Source: Podarcis bocagei | Lineage: Eukaryota | Assembly (NCBI GenBank): GCA_964188305.1 | Contig: OZ076885.1 | Direction: 5' to 3' (one strand) | DNA length: 64,000 nt | In this document: piece by piece, positions 23,101 through 36,300 of the stretch | How the letters are laid out: the number at the start of each line of letters is the position of its first letter | Numbering within the stretch: the stretch's first letter is position 1 | Translations under genes and position numbers: made by a program | The notes under the pieces: model-generated | Seen by the model: only the letters and a program-made list of their open reading frames with translations | What the model was told of the DNA's origin: nothing | The model's database searches: none

Positions 23101-26100
23101 GGTGGCTGTCTATGACACAGTTCCATACCTTATGGCAGCCCAGGGAATTCAGAGAAGTGGAAGCCACCAGACCTTTGACCTTATGAATCCTCCACCACAC
23201 GGGGACTGGCCTTACTCAGGATTTTATTTACCTTCAGAACCCTGTACTAACTTCTTAAGCAATGTCACCTCTTTAGTCCTAGGTATTCTGGTTGGGAAAC
23301 AGTTGATTATGTGTGTGGATTACCTTATCTTTTTTCTCACCTACCCAGGCCTTTGCCAAGTGACATTATATACACCAAATTGTTCTTTCCTGGGTGCTTT
23401 TGGGATTGCATCCTTGGTTTATCTAACCAATGTTCTTTAAGGACCTTGCTCTCACTATGATCTATATTTCATTCCTATCGATAACTCATTTCTGGGGACA
23501 CTACAGTTACTCAGAAGTGTGGGATATGTTTTCTGCAGTTACACAGAGGAACTTTTGGCCAACCTAACTTTGTATATCTCAGGGATGAACCCTGTCATTA
23601 GAAACAGATCCTAGGAATGAAGCCTGGCAGAAATTAAATCCTAGTACTAACTTGAGCATTGATAAATGCTGAGTAGCACAGGGCTATTTACTGCTTGATA
23701 GATTCCTGGATATGAAAGCTTCTGTTAATTCAGTCTAAAATTACACTGGCCTCCATTTCACTCCACTGCATGAAACTGTTGACTCAGTTGGTTATCTATT
23801 ATCACCCTTAAATGCTTGTTGGCATCATGACTGCATAGCCAATTATCCAATAACTTGTCAAGGGTCTCTGACCTGAACCTAATTTTAAAGCTATCCCTCA
23901 TTGCCCTTGCAATGTCCCTCTTGTCCACCATATGTTCCTAGTCATTTGGATTTGCCTGCAGCCAAACCTTATATAGCTCGGAGAGGCCATCCATTGTAGT
24001 GCCTGCCAAAACCATAGCAAAAAGCTCACAAACACATCGAGGTGTCCCACACTTTCTGGAGCGTAAATTACTGTTACAAAAATGTCCTTTATTTCAGAAC
24101 CTCCTTGTTTTCCACAAGACAACTGTCTAGCTTCCACTCTTTGAGCTTGTCAGTTCTTCCAAAGACACCTTCATCCTCTACAAAGGCTCAAAGCTTTTCA
24201 CAAAGAACACAAGGGCATAATAAGTACCTTGCTGGTTCAGATCAAAGGTCTACCTAGCCAGTCCATCATTCTGCCTCAGAATGTGGGCAGCCAGGTGTCT
24301 CTGACAAACTCACTAGACAAAAAAATGGCAACAATCATACCCTTCAGTTCGTTTCCAAACAGCTGGTATTCACTTAAACTAGGGATGCAGCCTCAAAACA
24401 TGGGAATGTTTGCAATCATGGGTAACATCAAAAGTAAGCTAAGCTTGAACTCATCACCATACTTGTGGTAATTCACACCATTAGTTAATGAACCACTCTA
24501 TGAATAAGTACTTTTTCTTCATCCTAGACCAAATATTTCCTTGAGCAACTTTGTGTTCTGTTATTATGGGAGAAGGTGGACAATTTCTCTCTCTCCATTC
24601 TCTTCACATCATTCATGATTGTATAACTTTAGCTTGTGCCCTCTGAGTTGTCTATTTTCTAAGCCAAGTAAAGTATTATTTCATTTTTATAGGAATCTTG
24701 ACTTCCCCAATTATCTCTCTCATGTCAGGTTGTTTTGTCTTTGCTTGACCCTCATTTAGAGGCTTCCATCTTCCATTTTAAATTCATAAGACTGAGATAT
24801 GAGTTATCCTCCATCTTACTGCATTTGGCTCTTCCCTTTCCTGTCATCCATTTATTTGTGGTGGTTTTCTGATGCTCTTTTAATCAGATTGTAATAGCAT
24901 GGTGGTTCACATTCCACCTACGCATGAATTCCTGGATAATATCCCAGAACACACTGTACTGGGATCTGGCACAGTGCCTTCTGGGTAATGACACCTCCAT
25001 TCACTTTTTGGGAAGAAAGTGGAAATGGCTACATATTTTGGAAAGATGATCTATTCATCCATTATGATTAAAAATCATTAGCGTGGTGATTATTAAAGGT
25101 GCCCTTGTTCAGAGGTGCATGCCTCCTAGGGCTACTGCAAGGTAGAAGGGGGAAATGAAAATGGCAGGGAATCGTACTGGCTTTGCACTTGTCAGAGGCC
25201 CAGATGGGACATAACACTAAGCCAAACCATGACTTAGAGCAGGTATCCCCAACCTTCGGCCCTCCAGATGTTTTGGACTACAATTCCCACCATCCCTGAC
25301 CACTGGTCCTGTTAGCTAGGGATCATGGGAGTTGTAGGCCAAAGCATCTGGAGGGCCGCAGGTTGGGGTTGCCTGAATAACCAAATGTGCAGGTTCCCAG
25401 AGAGAAGACTGGCCACTTTGCTTTTTCTCTGGTCCTGCTGCTGCCATGCTGCTGTGAGCTGAGCATGGCAAACCATAGAACAAACCTTGGCTACAGCTCA
25501 CAGTTTGTCTGGAGCAAGATAAACCATGAGCCCAGGTTTGGACACAACACTAAGCCAAATCACGGCACGGTGCTGTATGTTCTTCTCCCAGCTGTGTCAC
25601 ACACAATCCTTGATCACAGGTCATATTGCGGGTGAGAGAAAAGGAAAGACCAGGACATTAGCACCGCTATCAGCACTGAACAAGTTTGCATCGGCAATGT
25701 TAGTAGAGGAAACCTCCAAAGCAAAGGCACTTGCTTCCTGTGCCCTTTGCAAAAGGGACCCTATAGTCATAGTTTACAACTCAAGTGCCAAAGAACAGTG
25801 TGGGAAATGGCTTTGGAGCTGTCCTCTCACTTTCTTATCTGCAAAATGCTTGGTTTTTCTTCTTGCTTGGCTGCACTGGTTCTCCTTTCTGACAAACAGA
25901 AATGCAAGACAATCCCACAGAGGGGCTAGATAATAAGCTTCAGCTCCTTCTGTTCCCTCTCCATTAACTTTCTCCACTCCTTCTTTCCCAGGCATCCTTT
26001 CATTTTGTATAAATATTAAAACACTTTTAAAATGGTTGCTTAACAAAGGCTCTTTTTAGAAAGCTGTAACCTGGCACGATTCCTGGATAGCTGAAGGGAG

Positions 26101-27230
26101 TTGACCAGCTATCAGCGCAGCCATAATGCTACTGAGTGATTGTATTTCAGAAGCTGCAGAGTCATCCGGAGAGACCCGAGCCAAAATCCAGCAAGTAGAA
26201 TGTTTTTGGTGGGCTCAGATTTTGTTCTGAGCCAATGTTTAATGTTTTTTCTCAGAACCATCTGACTGCTTTTGCGGCTGTGAGGGAGGAGATACGTACA
26301 GCAGTATCCCATATCCATTTTAGAAGAATCTGTAGAAGATAACAACTTAACTCAGAAGAAGTGTAAAACATGGTTTACCACTAAACTTGAATGAACAAAA
26401 CCTTATTTTGACTGATGTTCAAGCCAGACCAAGAAACAAGTCTTAACCCCTATGGGCATGTTTACACTAGCAGTTTTTTGGATGATACCATATGAGATGC
26501 ACCCCTAAGACTGGAAATATTGTGCATTCCCCAGAGACAGAACACCATTGGTGTGCTTGGTTTTGTGTGTGTGTGTGTGTGCATGTGTTTTAAAGCTGGG
26601 GAACAGTTTTTGCTCCTAAGACATGCTGTACTCTTAAGCGCTTGGCACAGAACACGCTAACTAGCTAGCTACACTATTGCAACATCAAGTTATAATGACA
26701 TAGCAAATATGCTAGTGCACAAGCTTAGAAAAGTAGTATTATTTAATGCTTAAAAACAGCACCATGGACTGGTTTAAAAGATCTATGGTAGTTCAAAACA
26801 TCAAAAGAAAATCTATACAAATGGTCACTATGCACAGCTCAGAAGAGGGAGGAAAAAGTTGCTACTACCAAGCAAGAAACACCATTTATGTGAAGCCTGT
26901 CACTTAACTCAGGGGTCACAAACACAATGCCCATGAGAACCAATATGCCCACCAGTTCCTTCTATGACACCCTCAAAAGGTATCAGTAAATATCCCCTCA
27001 AAAACCCATAATGTATGAGGGACTATTTGCTCTTACTGCTCACTTCCTGATTGCACCAGCTTGGTCTGTCCTATATTCTCCCATAGGAGCCATTTTATGT
27101 TCTGCCACACCCCCATGGCAGCCATTTTGTGACTGGCACCCACAGCCTTAAACCCTTTGTTCTTTTTAAAGAATACCATTTTCATACATTAATCCCTTAT
27201 TACGCTTTCCTTTCTCTCTGTGTGTTCTCC

Positions 27231-27316
<86 letters not shown>

Positions 27317-30300
27317 ATGTTTAGTGTATATGAGATCATAATATGGACAATTTCCTCAATCAAGGAACAGCTGCTAGAATGGGACTCCTAAAACCAGTGG
27401 GAGAAACAAAAGGGGTGTCTAGAATTCAGGTCCATTAAAATGGTGTGGATAATGTTTTAAGGCCTGGTGACAAATCATATAGCATACAAAACACCACAAA
27501 GAATCACCATTTATTTACACTACAAAGGGGAAATGGAGATGGAAAGGATAAAGAAACACTGCATAATTAAGGAAACTACCACGCCTATCTTGTGTAATGC
27601 ACCAATGTTTAAAGATGTAGATTTTGTAAAAGCTTAATGAAGCTGTAGTGAGAGAAAAATACAGTGGTACCTCAGGTTAAGTACTTAATTCGTACCGGAG
27701 GTCTGTACTTAACCTGAAACTGTTCTTAATCTGAAGCACCACTTTAGCTAATGGGGCCTGCTGCTGCTGCCACGCCGGCGGAGCACGATTTCTGTTCTCA
27801 TCCTGAGGCAAAGTTCTTTATCCGAGGTAATATTTCTGGGTTAGCGGAGTCTGTAACCTGAAGTGTATGTAACCTGAGGTACCACTGTATGCACCTGCAA
27901 CACTAGAGGACCTTCTGAAAGAGACAGGAACCAAAGTATTTTCCAAATAGGATACTTTAGTATCTAGCAAATACCTTTGACAAACTAGACTGCTACACTG
28001 ACTAGATTTATCACACCCTTTGGGAGATTTTGTTTTCAGTGCTTACCATTTGGAATTGCAAGTGCTTCCTAGATTTTTTAAACAAAGATGACAGAAGTCC
28101 TGAGAGAGATAAAATGAGTAATTGTCTTCCTGAATGACATTCTAATACAGAGTACATCAGTAGAAGAAAGACCATGACAAAACACTGGTCACTGTCAGGA
28201 ATAAGATCCATTAATCTGGACTAAATATAAACAAGGAGAAATGCATTTTTCATCAAGGTGAAGTTGAATTACTTGGACAACTAATCACACAACATGGGAC
28301 AAAGCCATGCCTAGAGATGGTAAATGCCATCAAAGAACTGAAAGCACTGAAGGCTACAGAACTGAGACAATTTCTGGGAATGCTGAACTATCTTTCTATG
28401 ATGATATTTGTACAATACTTCAAAAGATAAACAACCACCACACCGATTATTGAAATCCACTACTTCCTGGTTTTGTGGATCAATTCTGTGGGCTATCTTT
28501 AAAAATATAAATGAGATGTTCGCCAATCTTAGTTTTAGGATGCCACAAGCCTACAATGGGTAGCACTGATGCAAGAAACTGCAGATTTAGAAGGCGTGCT
28601 ATTACAATTGCATGGTTCAGAATGGATGCCAGTCACATTCTGCTCTAGAACTCTAACCAGACCAGAAAAAAATATTATGAAAAAATTGAGAATTTTTTTT
28701 GCTAGTGTTTGGTCATGCAAAAACTTTTACAGATACCTATGTGATCTGTCTTATTTCAGATTCGCAGACCATAATCCCTTTGTGACCTTGATTAAAGAAA
28801 AAAATATGTAGCAGAATATATTACAAGAAAACAATTGATCATAGCAGACACCTTGTCACAAAGTCCCACAAGAGCCTGATTATATTCTGCTGAGAGTGAA
28901 CATGGAATACTTAACAAAAACTGATGATATCTTCTTCCTATCACTGAGAAGGTGCAATCACCAAAAGCAAACTCTCGGGCTTGCATAGTAGAACTAACAG
29001 CAATGTTACTGTCACGACTACTACTTACTCTGAGTTATTTGGAAGCTGTCAAGGTAAATGACCGAAGACCTGAACTATCAAGTAGTTTAACAGCACTGAT
29101 GTACTGGTTGTTTATTTAAATAAGGAAGGGATGTTGTGTGGATAGTGTCATTCTCTGGTTTGGTCAATAGGTGGCATTGTACTTAGTTAAATCTAAATGG
29201 CTTCAAGAGTTTCCTTTGTTGGTTCTTTCTTGTTGGAGACAATGATGTTCTTATCTAGCTGCCTGACTGGGATGCCCTCTAAGCCTTCCATGACATGTGA
29301 TAACAAATCTATTTAGAGTAATGCTTATACAAATCAAAACTAATTATTATGTGCAAAGACGAAACCAAACCAAAGGAGTTGCTATGGGAGTGAAAAAAGG
29401 GTTGTGCAAACTAACCTTGCATGTCTCCATGTTATACTAATTAATTCATTACTTAGAAACGTATGAGGTCAGCACTTAAAGAATGTGTGAACCTTCCTAA
29501 GTGTTGCACCACAATAAAGACACCCTCAGTTTTTCCTCCTCTGAAAGAAATTGTCCTCTTACCGTAAAATGTAAGTAAAGTGGGGGAATCTCTCTTCATA
29601 CCAGAAGATTAGGAAACTAGGTCTGTTTCTTCAGAGGCTTTCAACTTATTAAGCTAAACAAGATAAGCTTTATAGAGGAAATGCAGCGCTCAGAGTGAAA
29701 ATTCCTCCCATTTTACTGAACAGCTGCATGTGTAGTTATCAAACATGACCCTAAGTTAAAAGAATAATCATTTAGGAGCTGTTTGCCAAATAAATCCAAT
29801 GACAGATGAGGCTGATTTCCCAGCAGTGGAGGAGACACAAACCAGGCTCAAAGCCGCAAATAAAATCTGAGCATTTCTCATTAATGCAGGCACACCTCAT
29901 TTATTGTGCTTTGCTTTATTGTGCTTCACAGATATTGCTCCTTACAAGGATGCAGGTGCAGCTGCAGGCAGCCCAGCCACATCCAAGGGAAGGAAGCGCC
30001 CTGCTACCACCCTTCTTCTGGCTACAGGAGTGGAGCTGGCTAGTGCTGGACTTGGGCTTTTCCCCTCCTGCCCCTGATGACGGGGGCGGGGGGGGGGCCT
30101 GGCTTAGTAACCTACAGCATAGAGAAAACATAACTTTTATATGCACTAGGAAACAAAAACAAAAAATGTGTGACTTGCTTTAATGCAATATTTGCTTTAT
30201 TGTGCAGGCCTAGAGCCAAATCCATAATATCTCCGAGGTACACCTGTATCTCCTTCTTTCTCTGTGGCATTCCTTGTTTTGCAGCTACTTTTTAGCTCAA

Positions 30301-33300
30301 GGGGCTGGCTTAGAGCAGGATGGGAAACCTGTGGCCCTCCAGATATTGTATGACTGTGTAGCAAGACACCCCACTGTATACTTTATATCTGGAGGACCAG
30401 ATTTTATTCCTCACTTATTCACTTTCTAACCACCAAATATTAGCATTAGTAAACTGTATAGTTCTGATAACTATATTCCAGAAGCTATGGTATGATAGAT
30501 GTGGTACAAAACCATCTAGACACTCTTTTATAATTAAATATATTTATTTATTATAAATATAGAGGTATAATAAGGCGAGTTTTATACTTCAGTTTGTTAC
30601 TATTGCTTTAAGACATACTTATATTTGCTCTAATAAGGTTCCTGTATCTTTAAATGACAGTTATAAAGGTTTACATAAGGCTGGCTGGTAAAACTTAGTT
30701 CGTAACCCTATTTAACTTAATACTGCTTAGTCTGTCTTCCCAGTCAATCTCACTACCAAGTCCTTTGAGGCAGGCTTGCAGGCAGTTCTCACTCTGGACA
30801 GCTCCAGAAGCTCCTTGCTGAATTCCCCTCATTCCTTAATGCCCTTATATGGCCTCATTGCCAATCTTCAGCTTATTCAGTGATCCAGCTCTTTGGGGGG
30901 CAGACTATCTTTCCAGCTTGGATAGCCTCTAGCCTGTCTTCCACCCGCCTCAACTCCTTCCTCTCCCTCTCTCTCTCCATCTTTGCCCCCTGTTCTTCAC
31001 CCCTCATCATTTGTCAGCTTCAACAGTAGTAGAATAGACCTATTTATTTCCCAGCCAGCCTATTCTTCAATGAATCAGATTTGATTCATTAAATCCCTCC
31101 CTCCTCATCAGCCCACTTTCCCCATCCAATAAGTTACCAATAAATTCTGCCCAATATGCCAGTCAGAAATGTAGTTTTCCAGTTGCAGGAAAATGGGATG
31201 GCTTATTCCTCAGTAACGACCATATCTTTCTGGTTTTACATGAATATTTTTATTTGTTATGTCTGCGTCTTATTCTTCCTCCAAGCTGCTCAAGGAAGTA
31301 TACTTGGGAGGTTGTCTGGTTTATCCTTGCATCACCACTGTGAGGAAGGTTAAGTCCATGCATAATGGCTAAGCAGTGATGTAAACCCAGATGTCCCCAG
31401 TCACAACGGTCAGCTACGTATTATGTGCATAATCTGCTATTGGATCACTTGTTATTTAAAAGGCAAAATGTAGATGGGGGAGGGCTGTCAATTTATTTGA
31501 AGCAGAGTATATGCATACGACTTTCCTCCTGCACTGTTTTCCTGAAATTATCTCCCCAAGCCAGACGGAAAGTGCCTATATTTTCCCCCATGCAGGGCAA
31601 ATGCAGCTGTGTGAAAGATTTTGATCAGGAAAACAGTGTAAGGAGAGACGTATAAAAATACACATCTCATGTACTGCTCCAAAGAAATAGGCAACCTTCC
31701 CCACCCACACCCCTTGTTCCTCCGCCCCCATTTAAAAAATGGGGAGATCATGATAGCTGGCTCCAAGCCTAGAGATCGATCTAGCCACACTACACCACAC
31801 TGGTTCTGACTGGTGTTAACAGCTTTTTTTCTTCTCATTGAACATCCTTTCCAAAGCAACCTTCTGTACTGAAGAAGTTGTCTTATGCCTAATATACAAG
31901 ATACAGATACAGCAGAGATGGAGGTAGTTGAGAGTACTATGGATCAACACAGGGGCAGATTTTATGTTATGAAGGAGCCCAGAACTGACATGGCACAACG
32001 GAGGCTAGTGTTTCCCCGCAAATCTCAAAATTTTATTTTAGAAATCTGTAAGAAAAAATGAAGTATGTTTACTATTTTTTATGTTATCATGATTTTTAAA
32101 GGATTTGTTGCAACACAATATTTTAATTTATAAACCACTCTGTATAACTTATATAAAGGTAGGGAATAGATAGGGGGGAAAGTTAACAAACAAATGAACA
32201 AAAGAGCCCTTGTGAGCATATGTAGGCTTGGCAGTGGGGAGGGCGAACTAATTATGTAAGCAAATATTCCACCTACAAGTTAGTGTAGAACTCACTATAT
32301 GATTGATTAGAGCAGGCTAAGCGCCATTTGGATAAGCCAACAATTTGTGCTACCAAAAACTAAAGGGAATTTAGTACAACAGGGGGGAAATCAGATATAC
32401 TTGCAGGCCCAAGCAGGATTCAACATGTTGTGAAACTTTCGGCTGACAAAGGAGAAGCAGCATGGGATGACAGGTCAGAAACTACTATATGGAGAGAGTC
32501 TCCTAGCTTGTGGGAGGTGGGAATAAGAGAAGAAGTTGTATCACATTATGGCTTCACAGCGTGGTGTGTTTGTGGCTCCCACAAACAGGGTAGCTGAAAA
32601 AACAATCCGGCAGACGTATTTGACTCAGTTTCCAGTAAAAGCCTTACCTATTATTCTTGAACATACGTGATAACTTTAAAGCACATTCAAAGCACATTCT
32701 TTCTCTCAAACAGTTCTGGGCACTGTAGTCTACCCCTCACAAAATCACAGAATTACAATTCCCAGCAGCCCTTAAAAACCCACAGTGCACAGAATTAATC
32801 AAGCTGGCAGTGGGTGGGGGATGTGCTTCAAATGTGGTATCCACTCTTTGCATTCTGAAATCCTGTACTGGATAGTGGAGCAGCTGCTTTCACAGATTTT
32901 GTTTTTATACATTTATTTACTTCCGTAGCATACTCATAGAAATAACAATGACAACAAGTATTTAGCAACACTGTGTCCCTGGCACTCAGGTATCCTTTAC
33001 AATCCTGTCACCCTTGTTGTAAGTGACTTCCTAATGAAAAGTTAATGTGGAGATGTGAGGAGATAATTCATTCGGGCCAAAACAGGTGGAATTCCCACTT
33101 ATCACCAGTAAGTACACACTGTCACACAAATGATAACACCAGGGGCAAAGTATAATTTACACAGCCCTCAGAGGGAGAGTTTGAGTTTCAGCCCACTCTT
33201 GCTAGTGCTATTTGGTGTGTCCACCTGCCTGAAGAGACTGAGAGAGCAAATCCCATCACAGAAGCTGCATTCCCCTTAGAGGCCATTCATATACGGTATG

Positions 33301-36300
33301 TTATTTCCCCCAGCTCTCATGGTCATTTTTATTGCTCAAACAAGTGACCTTGAAAATAAATCAACTGCCATGTAGTAAAGGATTTGGAAGGTTGAATCCA
33401 TCCAAACAAGTCATTCCACAGTCACTGAAAAGCCCCAAGTGAGTTTATGGCATTTGTTGGATGATGGCGCCCATCACCTGCAACTTTTCCATGCCTTTCA
33501 CTAAGCATGAATGAAGAGCAAGGCTAGTTTGTGACTGCCTTGCAGTGGAAGTATAGTCGTGGGGTGGTGCAGAATTCTGAATACCTTTGCAATGCTTTGT
33601 TTACTTCACCAAGTACAAGTCATTTTATTATGGTCAATTACCAGTATCAAGACAAAACCACAAATATTCAGAGATAGTGAGTTGTTCTGGGTCAAATCCG
33701 ATATGCCCGCTGAGGGTTCTGCAATTGGATCAGAGAGTCTGCCTCTGTATTCTTCCTCTGCCCTATCCTCTGCCAACCCCCAGGCAAAGAACAGCTCCAG
33801 CTGCCAACAAATACTTGGGTCATGCACTTAAAATTATCATCACCCCAAAATGTACCACAGCATCAGCACATGACCAGTATTGTTGTTAGTAGAATTTGGC
33901 AGGATGCAAGGAATTTTGCGGTGATGTGATAAACGAGCTGGCATTTTTTTATTATTTTGATTTTTATTTATCATATGTTTCACTATATTTGCATATAGTG
34001 TTGCATGACGCCTTGACATTTTATATGTGTGGGCAGTATATTATTTTTTTTCAAAATGCGTAAATAAACTCTATCCTTCCATCTGCTGGGTCCAAGTTCC
34101 CTGAGATTTTAATTTTAGCTCCATCGTGCAACAAAGCCTAGGCATTGCCTCATCTTGCCGTACTTCAAAAAGCCTGTTTGGATCAGCTCACACAAAGCAC
34201 ATACATGCTAAATTAACTAGGAGTGGAGATAGGAGAAACATTTTTAGAGCAGTTGGGTTAGTTTGGAAATGCCCTCACTGCTCTCAGCCCCATCTCTCTC
34301 CTCTCCAAGGTCAAGCACTTTATATAAAAAAAAACTAGTTCTGCTAGTTTGCAGCAGAAGCCAACGGCATATAGTGTTAAGCGGACAGCACCCATGACAA
34401 CACCAAAACCAAAACCAAACCCAAACCCCAGAGCAGCATTATGCTTCTTCTTTTAAAGTTTCCTTTCTTCTTTTAATGAATACATCAAAGATTAATGGAT
34501 AAACATACATGTATGGTGCTTTGGAAATTAGAAAAACGGGGAGAGTCCAGATGACACACAGAGGAGGGAAGGGACAAAACTGAGAACTAAGACAGCACTT
34601 GATGTTGTAAGTTTACCCACCAGCCATTTCAGTAGCAAAGCCAGGAGACACTGGACTCGTCCTTTGGCGGAGGAACCTGACCATGTGATCTGCTGTGAAA
34701 CCTGTTTTAATAAAGCACCCACCTTCCACTTCAGTGTCACCCTTTAGTTACCCTGGAGTCTATACATGATGCCCAGCACTTCCTTTGCCCTGTAACAGTG
34801 GTGTAAAAATCAGTCCTACTGGGTAAAGTGCCCCACTCCAACTGAAGTGAGAGGCTGCTGCATTGCTTTCACAGAATGGATAGCTGTTCCAGAATGAATG
34901 ACTATGAAGCTGCTTTATTTAATATACCTTAAGAATATACGGCCCTAGCTCTGAATCTCCCAGGAGTTGCAGCTATATGGGTTTTAAACTGACCCACTTG
35001 TTAAGCAGTTGGACACATTGAGATATGGTCTTGTGTTCACCCTCCCCACTTCTTTCAGCCAGCCAAAGATTCAGATAACAGAGGTAAATTGTTCTTGAAG
35101 TGTCTGCCTTTGATCTGCAGACTTAATCTGTTGCAGAGGAGAAGAGAGCACTTATTCGTGTGTGTGTGTGCAGTGAGTGTGTGGAGCTTACAATTTTTTC
35201 ATCTGCCAGGTTTGAACTCTCTCACCACTTATTGCTAACTATGGATAGAATTCTTAATTTGGAACTGAATCTAAGACTGTGCACATATTACAGGCTTAAA
35301 ACACAGCTAGGGTGCTATTTTTCCTCAATTAAGATTGGAGCCAGTTCCGGGGGGCGGGGGCGGGCACAGAATACATGGAATACTTCATAAGAGAGGTACA
35401 GGAGAGATTTGGATTGTGGCTAATATCGTGTGTCCACTGTTTCTCAAACCACAGGTGGGAGCACACTGGATGCAGAGCAAAAGGGAGTATGTACACAGCC
35501 AAAAATCTCTGCTCAGCATATACTTGAGTAAATTACTGTTTTTCAAGCTTCAGTTCCCCCATCTGCAACAAGGCCACAGTAAGAACCTACCCTTTAGGAC
35601 TGTTGTGAGGGCAAAGCAACAACAGAGCTAAAATTGGGACAGATTATAATTGCTTCCAGGCATTGCCACATTACGATAAGTGTTGAACTGTGTGAAAAGT
35701 GGTTGCTATGCTGTACATCCCTCTCTTTCATATTCCTTTTAAGACTTCTAGAGCTACTTGTGCTTTAATGCAAAAAGAGTTCTTCTGTGTTGGGAGTACA
35801 AGGACAGGAGCCAAGGGTTCTTACATATGGAATCACCCCCGGATGTTTTATTTATTTATTATGCACTTCGAAAGGCAAGCTATGCCTCTTTAGAGGTAAC
35901 TTGTACTGAAATCAACACAGCTTAGTTTTTAAATGATGTGTTGGATCAGGATGTAGAAGCATTACATAATTTATACATTTGTAAGGCTAACAAACAATAG
36001 CAGCACTAGCAAAAGCCAAGCCCTTTTCCCTCTTGGGGAGGAGTCATTGGTAGATTCAGATAATTAACCCTGGATGAATCTCCTGCTAGGGTTCTCCTCG
36101 TTGTTTCAAGGGAGACTTGAGGCAGCACAAAACTAGACTTCTTCTGATCTCAGCTGTTAAATGAAGCAGGTGTAAACATTCAGATGCCACTACTGCCCCT
36201 CTCCTTGTAGCAGCTACTATGCCACCATGCATGCTATCACTTTGGAAAATAAAATGTCAGGTGTTAGGAAGTACTGAAGAAGAGGCCACCAATCATAAAT

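Noticed and set aside
26112-26345. Minus-strand ORF with a phase-1 acceptor, considered as PKP3 exon 2
   Set aside because: No PKP3 similarity and no convincing donor; 21916-22004 fits on both homology and phase.
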